This document shows, piece after piece, positions 37,031 through 46,108 of a stretch of DNA of 64,000 bases. The position numbers were made by a program, and so were the translations under genes. The DNA lies in IMG/VR virus record IMGVR_UViG_3300025603_000010; one strand, given 5' to 3'. Numbering within the stretch: position 1 is the stretch's first letter; each line of letters starts with the position of its first letter. Below the pieces are notes generated by a model. It made no database searches. It worked only from the letters and a program-made list of their open reading frames with translations, and was not told where the DNA came from. The DNA comes from an uncultured virus (IMG/VR IMGVR_UViG_3300025603_000010) (lineage: Duplodnaviria; Heunggongvirae; Uroviricota; Caudoviricetes).

Positions 37031-37672
37031 TTATCCTCTGCAAATCTTAATATGTTTTGTGAGGTTCCCAACATTCATTTTTTTATCACAACTAGGGCAC
37101 CCATAGAGTTTGCTAATACCTACCATTTTTTTCCTTATGTGTTCTTCTGTGTGTTTCGTGCCCATCTTTGCTTTACTCATCTTTCTCTTGGATTCTTCTG
37201 TGCGTTTCTTGCCCACATTCTTACCCATCATAGATATAGACCTTTTCCTTCTAACTTCTGGGTCTGCGCTTTTATTATCTCTGGTTTTCATACCTTTGAT
37301 ATAGTTAGTTCTTACATCATCTCTCCACATTGCTTCTTTAGTTTTTTCACTAATAGTCTTTCGAACACTGTCTCTTTCAGAAACAGACCAATGATTAAAT
37401 TTTTTATTTATAGTGTTATAATATTTTACTTTAAGTTCACCATCATCTATAAACCGCAACCAATAATATTCTTCGTTTAATAAATCTTCCCTAGAAGTAT
37501 ATATTTTTTTCAATATTCTTCTTTTGAAATCTTCCGGTCTTCTTTTATAAGCTCTATTCATCCATTTACATGATGAAATATAACCATCATCTTCAGTTCC
37601 CCAATGACATCCTATATAATATTTATTATGCTTTCGATCTCTCCAAATATAAACAAAACCATATTTTTCCAT
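37031..37672 (-). CDS. GIY-YIG (Seg-like) homing endonuclease
   Basis: GFVYIWRD...YYIGCH.G..DDGYISS; NUMOD3-like repeats; TATAAATA 37706-37713. Confidence 0.87.
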   Translation of the reverse strand: MEKYGFVYIWRDRKHNKYYIGCHWGTEDDGYISSCKWMNRAYKRRPEDFKRRILKKIYTSREDLLNEEYYWLRFIDDGELKVKYYNTINKKFNHWSVSERDSVRKTISEKTKEAMWRDDVRTNYIKGMKTRDNKSADPEVRRKRSISMMGKNVGKKRTEESKRKMSKAKMGTKHTEEHIRKKMVGISKLYGCPSCDKKMNVGNLTKHIKICRG

Positions 37673-37725
37673 TATTCACTCCTATAGAAAGTTAATTCAT
37701 ATAGTTATTTATAAAAGTAGTTCCT

Positions 37726-38547
37726 TTAACCTATCATATAATTCACAGGTAACTCAAACGTAAGCTGAATTTGTTCTTCCAACTTATTAATCTCTTCCTG
37801 TGCCTGTGAATAGATAGTCTCACCATTCATAGTAACACCACCAAGCATCGCAACACCACTGAACTTGGATAGGTTTGCACCCCATTGCTGTTTAATCAGG
37901 GCAGTTGCATATCTCTTTAGGAAGATGTCATCATAGATATCTATATATGTGTCTGGGTCTATTTTGCGATAACATTCTGCAATGATATAATCTTCCCCAG
38001 CAACAAAGTCATTTGTCCAATCGCCATCAATATAAAGACGATTTTGATGTTGGTTAAATCGAATTGGCGTTTCACCAACAAGGATATGTTCTAGAAGGTC
38101 AAGGTTATCCATTGCCATCTGATACTGAATGACAGAAGTAGAAGATAGGTCATATAAATCATTAAGGCGCAACTGATAACGAACATCAAACATGTTCGAA
38201 CCACCACCTGTACCAGTGAACGGCCAGACCTGTATCACTGACACAACAGCAGAAGGCATTGGAATAAAATTACTACCCTCTAGGAATGTATCAGTAATAG
38301 TGATGTCTGCCGTATCTGTTCCCGTTGAGGTTATATTTGCTGTTCCCCTTGCAACATCTGCTGCGGTAATTAGATGTTTGAGATACATCTTCTCAATACC
38401 ATCATAATGATATTGTGCAAAATACTGAAGAGCTTCATCAATACGATCATCTGCCTGAGCGTCTGATATGTTAATATCAATGACCCCAGAACCCAATGCT
38501 CGCAGGCAATAATCTTTGAATGTTGATTTACTTATAGGTATGGCCAT
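37726..38547 (-). CDS. gp13: Neck protein
   Basis: YCLRALG..VIDIN, LKRYATALIKQQWGANLSKF. Confidence 0.93.
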   Translation of the reverse strand: MAIPISKSTFKDYCLRALGSGVIDINISDAQADDRIDEALQYFAQYHYDGIEKMYLKHLITAADVARGTANITSTGTDTADITITDTFLEGSNFIPMPSAVVSVIQVWPFTGTGGGSNMFDVRYQLRLNDLYDLSSTSVIQYQMAMDNLDLLEHILVGETPIRFNQHQNRLYIDGDWTNDFVAGEDYIIAECYRKIDPDTYIDIYDDIFLKRYATALIKQQWGANLSKFSGVAMLGGVTMNGETIYSQAQEEINKLEEQIQLTFELPVNYMIG

Positions 38548-38595
38548 AGAAGTATCCTTTTTCCTATATTTATAAGATTTGGTTTATGTAGTTCA

Positions 38596-39366
38596 TCATC
38601 TATTGTGAGGTTTTGTTGGTAATGCTTGATAACTGGACAACTTCGGTTTCCATACTGGAAATTTCTGGTCTGCATAAGCATCATGCCTAGTGTCTGGAAT
38701 ACTTTCTTTTGTATAATATTTCCCATATTTTCCCTCCTTCATAATAATATCATCAAGTTCTACAGCACTAAATCCTTCTTTTTTCTTTTTATTATACCAT
38801 TCCCGACATTTACATTTAGCACACTTTTCACATGAACAGTGAGAAACTAACTTTTGAAGCTCTTTCGGTATTAACTCCCACGTTTCCCATCTTCCCATAG
38901 GTTCATCTTTGCGATTCATTAACGGCCATTCAATGGGAATATCTGTGTAATCTCTAAGAATGGAATGATCTACTCTAGAATATAAATTTCCTCTTCTATA
39001 AAAATTTTCAGTTGACTCTGAACTTTTAAAATACCAATTAGAAGGACTCCAATTATATGTATTATAACCTATACATATTAAGTTTACATCGTGCATTTCT
39101 GATAACAATGCAACAGTATACCATTTTGATCTTATAGTTTCTAACATGGTATCACTAGCACGATCTTCAAACTCTGAAAAATCAAAATCAAAATCACGAA
39201 CATTTTCTTTCAACCAATTACACACAATAGGATACTGTGTTACGTCTTGATCAGATGCATCTAGACGAAGTATCCTTGATATAATATCATCTGTAGTTTC
39301 AGTAAGGAGTTTATATAACAGATATGTACTATCTGAAGAAGAACTAGTTGCTGCAAAAATTTTCAT
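38596..39366 (-). CDS. QueC-like protein with degenerate PP-loop; paralogue of 33287..34087
   Basis: MKIFAATSSSSDSTYLLY; shared MGR.E..E..PKEL; CSCEKCAKC. Confidence 0.55.
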   Translation of the reverse strand: MKIFAATSSSSDSTYLLYKLLTETTDDIISRILRLDASDQDVTQYPIVCNWLKENVRDFDFDFSEFEDRASDTMLETIRSKWYTVALLSEMHDVNLICIGYNTYNWSPSNWYFKSSESTENFYRRGNLYSRVDHSILRDYTDIPIEWPLMNRKDEPMGRWETWELIPKELQKLVSHCSCEKCAKCKCREWYNKKKKEGFSAVELDDIIMKEGKYGKYYTKESIPDTRHDAYADQKFPVWKPKLSSYQALPTKPHNR

Positions 39367-40060
39367 AGTCTCTCCATTCATGAGGTTTGTTTCTATGGTT
39401 TGTAAAATGCACAATTTTTATATCGGGATGAAACTCTCCCCCCATATATATCCAATCGTTACCAGTTGCCTTCTCATATCGCTCAGTCATCCTGTACTGC
39501 CAAGTTTTGTTGTTTTTAAAATCAATAACCTTATCATCAGCAACCCATCTGGTAAACCACTCGTTAGGAAGTGTGATAAGTTCTAATCTTTCATTCACAC
39601 TATCCTCTACAAAATATTGTTCACCATTAACAGGCCCAGTGGTTTGGCCATTCTTAATATAAAACTGTTGCCAATGATGAATATCCTTCATGAACTTGTC
39701 ATAGATATATTTGCATTCCTTTGGGTAGTATTTAAAGAACCCACCATTAATCTCATAAGTGTCGGAATCATTTCTCCACCATCCCGGCATTGCAAGAAAC
39801 TGTCCCGGCTTTATTGGATAGTCAAAAACCTTCTTATAATCACCCATAAGCAAAATGTCAATGTCCATCACACAGATAGGTTCATCGGTGTCCATCTGCA
39901 TACCCCACATCTTGTTCCATTGCAAAGTGACAGATGGATGATATGGTTCATGAACCCAGATAAAGTTGTGTTCTGGTAACTTGTTCTCTAAGTATGTCTC
40001 ATACTCTGGACCATACTTATCACCAATACGAACTGCTACGATATCCATTTGGATACCCAT
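39344..40060 (-). CDS. GT-A fold glycosyltransferase
   Basis: VRIGDKYGPEY, MDID, NGG, GEQ, IVHF. Confidence 0.75.
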   Translation of the reverse strand: MGIQMDIVAVRIGDKYGPEYETYLENKLPEHNFIWVHEPYHPSVTLQWNKMWGMQMDTDEPICVMDIDILLMGDYKKVFDYPIKPGQFLAMPGWWRNDSDTYEINGGFFKYYPKECKYIYDKFMKDIHHWQQFYIKNGQTTGPVNGEQYFVEDSVNERLELITLPNEWFTRWVADDKVIDFKNNKTWQYRMTERYEKATGNDWIYMGGEFHPDIKIVHFTNHRNKPHEWRDYENFCSN

Positions 40061-41331
40061 GCATCTATTTTTTGTTTGGTTGGTGAAGTGCCTCTATAAA
40101 AGGTTCCATTAGATGATGTCAAAACATCTCGTAATTTTTTATACGAATTGACCAATTCATCTAGAGTATAATATGCGTGTGACATGTGATAACAAAAGAT
40201 ATTAGTTGCGTCGAAAAATACTGTCTTACCTTGAATTTTTTCCAAAATTCTATCATAGTTTGGTGATATTAAATCCATCAACCAATACTCAATGTCATAG
40301 TCCCTTTCCATTTTTTCTTCTAATTGCCTTAAATTTTCAAAAGAACCCATACTTTTTACAGATTGTTTTGCGATAGAATCAGGAAGTACCATATCATGGT
40401 CGATCATTTTACCATAAGAGTTAATTTCTGGCAAAGACATATTCATTTCTATTATCATTTGTTTTATATCTAAATTTTCTTGACAGTAATCAAACAACAC
40501 AACTTCACCGTCAAACTCTAATTGGTCTGCAAGTAGTGCAGCACGATAACCAGCTGTAGTTGAAAATATAATATCAAATTTTTCTGTAGGTAGTTCTCCA
40601 ACTCTTTCTGTATTCTCTATATAAAATTGTTTTCGTATTCTCGTCATAAATCTACTAAAATAATAATCGTTCATATCTACATTGTCAAGGTCTTTCCAAA
40701 ATGCAGTTTGATCATCTCTATAATATGAAAAGGATTTTCTCGATCTTTCAGCATTCGTAAAATTTGTGACAGTAGGCATCCCCTCTAGTTCTATCCATGG
40801 CGGGGTATAGTCATCATGGTAATTATCGGGGGATCGTTTAACAACAGCATATCTCTTAGACATATCAGGAGAACCGATATCCTTCCATACCGTAAGATTT
40901 AAATTGATATGTTGATGGTGAAAATATGCTTTATGTTTTGGCCTTGCCATAATATGAGCTTTGCAAAACTGATCGCTCTCTACAAAATCATAGAAGTCCG
41001 TTATTGGTGTAACTCGTTTTTCAGGCCCACCGGACACCATATCGAATACCATACCAACTGATACAATCATAGCATGGGTATGATCACACTTTAAAAGAAG
41101 ATCGTGAACTTCGCTCCTATAACAAAAACGAACATCGTGGCCTGTTGATGCTCCAGTAGCACCCCCTGTAACCATAAATGTTGTAGTTTGAGTTTGTTTC
41201 TCTATTCCAAAATCCCATTTTAGTTTGTCAGGATAAACCACCAGAAACAACATATGTTTAAATTCTTTTTTAATTTTTACCTTATCTGTTTCCTTCTCCC
41301 ACAATGCAACAAATTCATCAAAGCTTTTCAT
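40036..41331 (-). CDS. Hypothetical protein in enzyme cluster
   Basis: 431-aa ORF overlapping both neighbours. Confidence 0.65.
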   Translation of the reverse strand: MKSFDEFVALWEKETDKVKIKKEFKHMLFLVVYPDKLKWDFGIEKQTQTTTFMVTGGATGASTGHDVRFCYRSEVHDLLLKCDHTHAMIVSVGMVFDMVSGGPEKRVTPITDFYDFVESDQFCKAHIMARPKHKAYFHHQHINLNLTVWKDIGSPDMSKRYAVVKRSPDNYHDDYTPPWIELEGMPTVTNFTNAERSRKSFSYYRDDQTAFWKDLDNVDMNDYYFSRFMTRIRKQFYIENTERVGELPTEKFDIIFSTTAGYRAALLADQLEFDGEVVLFDYCQENLDIKQMIIEMNMSLPEINSYGKMIDHDMVLPDSIAKQSVKSMGSFENLRQLEEKMERDYDIEYWLMDLISPNYDRILEKIQGKTVFFDATNIFCYHMSHAYYTLDELVNSYKKLRDVLTSSNGTFYRGTSPTKQKIDAWVSKWIS

Positions 41332-42457
41332 AATAGTTTCTCCATTCTGGAAACAAATCAGTTAAACACGTTCCACGATATTTATCTCTATCCTTTATGT
41401 CTTGTAACATACGAATCATTTGAGATTTATCATATTCAATATTTTCAAGGTATGTGATTATAGTATCTGTTTCTTTCCTATAATCACGATAATACTTCTC
41501 TAAGTATTGTTCTCTTATCTCTGGAGGAACCGAAACGATTGAATAAATTTCATTCTCACCATATACTAAATTGTCTATTGCAATTGGACAATCAGCATTA
41601 TCAATTATTTCTAACATATAACCTACGTTTAAAGCATTTATTGTAGCGTGATAATTTACTATACAATTATCAAAAGATTTAAACTTTTTAACATTGTCCA
41701 TAATACGATCCCACTTTGATGGAAAACGTAGATAGTTATTTTTATCTCCCCAAAATTCTATAGACACATTCATATGTATCTCTTTAAATTTTGAAATATA
41801 GTCAAATATATCCTTATCGTTAAATTTAGGAGTTACAGTTGCATTGGTTGTGATATGGACTACCACATCAGCTGGACATTTTTCCATGACCTTATAGTTA
41901 TCATCAATTGCTAATGTCTCTCCACCAACAAGTTTCAGCTCTAGTAAGTTTTCTAAGTTAGGAATATTAGATTCTTTTTTAAAACGAGGATTATTATTCA
42001 ATCTATGATGAATGGGTTTTCCCAATGCCAAGTTTTCTTTGGCAAGTCCAGAAGACAGTATCGATTTACACATGTTACATCTCAAATTGCAAAAATTATC
42101 TTGCGCTCTAAATTCCATAGTAAGTAATGGCGGGTTGTCTAAATTCTCTTCTAGTTCTTTTTTCTTATGTGCAAACTTACCATTGAAATTATCTAAGTGA
42201 TTTTGTCTAAAACTTTTGTTTCCAGATTCCTCTTGTTTAATACACCTAGTGCAAACATTATCAATTAAAGGTCCACCACCATTTATAAATTCTTTTCGAA
42301 AGGATTTTATATCTTGACCTTCAACTTTCCTATTCCATTTATTGCTGTTAATGTGACAACAAGGTATATTCATTTCACCTGAACCAGTTATAGAGTTCAT
42401 AGTATTTGTAAAGGGTTCTGGACAAAACCATTTATAATCTTCAAGTTTTTTGGTCAT
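41318..42457 (-). CDS. Radical SAM enzyme with N-terminal Cys cluster
   Basis: CNLRCNMC, GGET, TTNAT; CPEPF..PCC..CTRC. Confidence 0.88.
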   Translation of the reverse strand: MTKKLEDYKWFCPEPFTNTMNSITGSGEMNIPCCHINSNKWNRKVEGQDIKSFRKEFINGGGPLIDNVCTRCIKQEESGNKSFRQNHLDNFNGKFAHKKKELEENLDNPPLLTMEFRAQDNFCNLRCNMCKSILSSGLAKENLALGKPIHHRLNNNPRFKKESNIPNLENLLELKLVGGETLAIDDNYKVMEKCPADVVVHITTNATVTPKFNDKDIFDYISKFKEIHMNVSIEFWGDKNNYLRFPSKWDRIMDNVKKFKSFDNCIVNYHATINALNVGYMLEIIDNADCPIAIDNLVYGENEIYSIVSVPPEIREQYLEKYYRDYRKETDTIITYLENIEYDKSQMIRMLQDIKDRDKYRGTCLTDLFPEWRNYYEKL

Positions 42458-43139
42458 CAATCTCTCGCAACACATCTTTACCAAATTGTTTGACCAACGA
42501 CCTCTTCATAAGTTCTTCACGTTCCTTATTGAAACCCCCATGCATAATAAAGTGAAACCTATTCTCATTTGAGCTGTTTAATGCTTCGTGCTGCACACCA
42601 TTATCAAACCAGAAACCCGTGCAGTTCTCAAAAGGCAACTCTTCCTTTGTGTCTGTTCGTCTCAGATAACAATTTTCAGGTTGATAGAACGCAAGATTGA
42701 TTGCACCAGAAATGTTTCTTGTTCTACCTTCTCTGTCTCTTTTTTCATTGGAGTCATTATGATCTACAATAGCGCCGCCCGGTTCCAATAACATAAACCG
42801 CAAACGTCTATAGGACTTGTGGGGGAAATCCTCTAACCACCTCTTAGTCTCTGGGGCAACTTCTGCAATCTCTGTCCACCCCCAATCAACATTATCCTCA
42901 GACAGACCATGCCCGCTTGGATTTTTTGTATGAAACCATCCTAATGATGGGTCAGAACCTTTCTCCACAAAACTGTGAATAGATGCTGACCTCCAACCGT
43001 CGCCGTCACCATATCTGTGATCAACAAAGAAACCTTCGTCATATACTGCCTGTGCTTCCTTCATGCAAACTTCTGGAATCTCTATATCAATCTTTAAATA
43101 CCAGACATCATGATCCCGGCACCACTCTACGATGTTCAT
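42441..43139 (-). CDS. Asp/Asn beta-hydroxylase-like 2OG-Fe(II) oxygenase
   Basis: RLRFMLLEPGGAIVDHND...HEALNSSNENRFH. Confidence 0.75.
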   Translation of the reverse strand: MNIVEWCRDHDVWYLKIDIEIPEVCMKEAQAVYDEGFFVDHRYGDGDGWRSASIHSFVEKGSDPSLGWFHTKNPSGHGLSEDNVDWGWTEIAEVAPETKRWLEDFPHKSYRRLRFMLLEPGGAIVDHNDSNEKRDREGRTRNISGAINLAFYQPENCYLRRTDTKEELPFENCTGFWFDNGVQHEALNSSNENRFHFIMHGGFNKEREELMKRSLVKQFGKDVLREIDDQKT

Positions 43140-43783
43140 CGTCCTATCACCATAAACCTGTTCATACCATTGTCCAATTTTAGTGTGCCAGAATACATAA
43201 TATCAACAATCTCTGCCTGATCCGCTAATTCCTCTGGGCCACTAACACAATTTATATGATCATCCCATTGTTCATCATCGGTTGACTGTAACACATATAT
43301 ATGATTATTAGACTTGTTTAGTTTACGAAACCTTGACATGGGGAACATATGTTCGCATGATGCGTTAATAACTAAATCAAAATGACCATATTTTAGAGGT
43401 TCAAACATAACGTCATGCAAATAACACTTGTATAATGCTTTTGTCTCAGAGTCTTGATCTTTATATCTCTTATTAAATTTATAGGTAAGAGTTTTAACAT
43501 CAGGATCAATTTCTAGGTTAAGTATATATTTTACTCCAAGTTCATCAATCAAAAGTGGTGTGATGAAGTTTGCATACCAACCAGCAAGAAGAGCTACCCT
43601 CTCAGCCCTGATACCAAGATTTACGATTTCTGAAACTAACCATAACTTACTTTGCAACTGGGACGCTGTTGATGCATCTCGAATTCTTTTGATACAGTGA
43701 TTATATTCATCGTGATGTACTAGAGAAAGAACAGACTTCCAATCTTCAGCAATTTCAGTTGTAAATTTTATATGATCTACCAT
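43136..43783 (-). CDS. Putative class I SAM-dependent methyltransferase
   Basis: SKLWL, LAGWY, EIDP, DLVINASCEHM. Confidence 0.65.
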   Translation of the reverse strand: MVDHIKFTTEIAEDWKSVLSLVHHDEYNHCIKRIRDASTASQLQSKLWLVSEIVNLGIRAERVALLAGWYANFITPLLIDELGVKYILNLEIDPDVKTLTYKFNKRYKDQDSETKALYKCYLHDVMFEPLKYGHFDLVINASCEHMFPMSRFRKLNKSNNHIYVLQSTDDEQWDDHINCVSGPEELADQAEIVDIMYSGTLKLDNGMNRFMVIGR

Positions 43784-44517
43784 AATTCTTTTATCTCATC
43801 AGTATTAACACCCTCAGTCTGTGTGCTATTGTTAAATAAACAAATTTTGTGGTCTTCTCTTATTTTCTTTTTCTCCATATCATCAGGAAAAACATTCCCC
43901 TTATACCATGAATAGATATCTCCTTGTGGAAATCCTCGTAGAAATCCGTCATCTTCTTTCCAAGGATCATACCAGTGGTGAGCAAAGTAGTTATCTAGAC
44001 TTGGTGATGTAAAGAAAACAACTTCTGCATTATCCACAACGTGGTTCCACACTGGCATCAGCTGACCTTTCTTCCATACAATAACTGATGAGTTGAGGGG
44101 TGTTGATTTATGCTTTGCATAATTTTGTTTAACCATACTAATATCATTCCACCACCCACGAACAATCCATGGCTTATCGTTAGGCAATTCAAAGAAATAC
44201 TTTAAATCTTGATGAATGATAACATCAAGATCAAGGAACATAAATTTAGAATTATCTGGAAAGATTTTCCCATCACCACTAATAAGATCAGGTCTAAACA
44301 TATAACACTTACGATATGCCCAGAAGAAACCACGTTCCTCATTATAGAACTTATCTAGTGTAGTTGGAATTGGAATGTGCCAGTCTTTTTCTGGCTTGTC
44401 GGTAAAACACCAAAATTTAAAAGGAACAGTGCAGTTTGCCTCACACTGTTCTTTCAACTTCTCAACATAGGAGTCATCATACTTATCTCCCCACTTCATA
44501 CATAATATATTATTCAT
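43777..44517 (-). CDS. GT-A fold glycosyltransferase
   Basis: CMKWGDKY, CFTD, FLDLDVII, NSSV. Confidence 0.78.
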   Translation of the reverse strand: MNNILCMKWGDKYDDSYVEKLKEQCEANCTVPFKFWCFTDKPEKDWHIPIPTTLDKFYNEERGFFWAYRKCYMFRPDLISGDGKIFPDNSKFMFLDLDVIIHQDLKYFFELPNDKPWIVRGWWNDISMVKQNYAKHKSTPLNSSVIVWKKGQLMPVWNHVVDNAEVVFFTSPSLDNYFAHHWYDPWKEDDGFLRGFPQGDIYSWYKGNVFPDDMEKKKIREDHKICLFNNSTQTEGVNTDEIKELW

Positions 44518-44519
44518 AA

Positions 44520-45092
44520 TTATTTTATTGGGACGTATACCCCCTCCACTTGAAACTTTTCTTTATCGGCCATCTTGAGTTCAGCACCATTTGCAAATAC
44601 CATATACCCCAACAAAACATCCATAGGACTTTCTGCTTTACGAATGAAAGTTTTTGCATTTTTAAACTTGTCAGCTGACTTTGAATTTTTAACACATTCT
44701 TGTTCAAATATTTTGAGTTTGAGTTTAAACAACTGTTCTTTTTGATCAGCATCTGTATTATCAAATTCTGAGAAAAAATTAATAATTACATCTTCAAACT
44801 TATTTGACTGAGTTCTATTTTGTATGTCATCTTCATTTCTTCCAGCCCACTCACGAAATGCATCACGAAACTGTTCACGAAACTGTTCGTGTCGAACCAC
44901 AGTGCGTTCGTCGATTTTTTCATAAGAAACTTCTGCAACAAAATCTCTCCATTGTTCATCAGATTCATCTACCTTAATGTAGTGTTCCCGTGTAAGTTTA
45001 TCTTCTGGGTCTGTCCACATAACTGCAACAGTATCCAACTCTGGATTGCTGTAATAGTAATCTGTAATTTTATCTGTCCATAAATATGACAT
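44520..45092 (-). CDS. Hypothetical protein
   Basis: First ORF after late promoter 45113-45120; GGAG RBS. Confidence 0.7.
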   Translation of the reverse strand: MSYLWTDKITDYYYSNPELDTVAVMWTDPEDKLTREHYIKVDESDEQWRDFVAEVSYEKIDERTVVRHEQFREQFRDAFREWAGRNEDDIQNRTQSNKFEDVIINFFSEFDNTDADQKEQLFKLKLKIFEQECVKNSKSADKFKNAKTFIRKAESPMDVLLGYMVFANGAELKMADKEKFQVEGVYVPIK

Positions 45093-45112
45093 TTAATTTC
45101 TCCTGTGTTCTT

Positions 45113-45120
45113 TATTTATA
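45113..45120 (-). promoter_or_regulatory. T4-type late promoter (others at 16891, 18241, 21004, 27021, 38567, 56875, 60023)
   Basis: TATAAATA upstream of late genes. Confidence 0.8.
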
Positions 45121-45123
45121 CGA

Positions 45124-46086
45124 TTAGACATGTACTATGTTAAGTGTGTTTGTGCCAATTACTACAGATGATCCATTTGGAAATTCCTGTGAACGATAGT
45201 CATCACCAACCTGTAGAGTTTGGTAGTTACCAGCACCATTAAGTCTTGTATCAACAATCGCAGTTCCTCTAGTATTACCAGAGCCATTAATGTTATAACT
45301 TAGTTTATGTCCAGCATCATCCTCTGCTGCACGAAACTTAATATCGACTGCAAGTACAGCGTGGAATGTGGAATCATCTGCTGCCAGCGGACCCTGTATA
45401 ATATTTCCATCACTTTCTGCAAATAGGAGGGCATTGCTTGGGAATGCCCTTGCTTCATTACGCCTCTGTAGATAATAACTTGTAATAGTTGTTGGTTGAT
45501 CAAGTGTCTCTGGAATACCGGCAGCAGAATATAATGCCGTATTTGCACGGGTATCTACGAATACTGGGGTGTTTGCACCAGAAACCTCTGTATAGTTCGC
45601 AACAGTTGCGGCAGTTGTAATGGTATATGTTCCGTTAGTCGTAGCATCCTCTGATGCAGTAATCATTGCGTCCAGCGTTGCATAGATAAAGGTATCAACA
45701 TAGTCTGCTTGCGTCATGACTTGTAAATCATTATCGACATTAATATATAGTGGGTAACCAATAGCGCCCAGATCACCAGCAGCAGAACCATCTGTATTAT
45801 AAGTTGGTCCTGTAATTTTATCGTATGTGGTTCCTGTGACTGTTGTGGGTTCTGCTGTTGAACCTTCAGCAACAAAAGCAGTTGCAGAGTTACTTACAGC
45901 ACCAGCCTGCAATCTTGTATCAGTCAAACCGGGAGTCAATGTACCACTAGCAGACACAACAGTAAGAGTTACAGTTGGTGCTTGGGCATACAGATATGCA
46001 ATGTAGGTATAGTATTCAGTCATATCACCGGCTGACATCTCTACAATATCACTACCATCATATTTTACGGGAACACGAACAGTCAT
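45124..46086 (-). CDS. Putative virion structural protein
   Basis: T/A/G-rich; YRSQEFPNG; follows tail fibre. Confidence 0.65.
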   Translation of the reverse strand: MTVRVPVKYDGSDIVEMSAGDMTEYYTYIAYLYAQAPTVTLTVVSASGTLTPGLTDTRLQAGAVSNSATAFVAEGSTAEPTTVTGTTYDKITGPTYNTDGSAAGDLGAIGYPLYINVDNDLQVMTQADYVDTFIYATLDAMITASEDATTNGTYTITTAATVANYTEVSGANTPVFVDTRANTALYSAAGIPETLDQPTTITSYYLQRRNEARAFPSNALLFAESDGNIIQGPLAADDSTFHAVLAVDIKFRAAEDDAGHKLSYNINGSGNTRGTAIVDTRLNGAGNYQTLQVGDDYRSQEFPNGSSVVIGTNTLNIVHV

Positions 46087-46108
46087 TTAATTACTCCCAT
46101 AACAATAT

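Noticed and set aside
33287..39366. 7-deazaguanine DNA modification pathway
   Set aside because: No folE, queD, queE or dpdA recognised in the window, and the QueC-like genes are divergent and late
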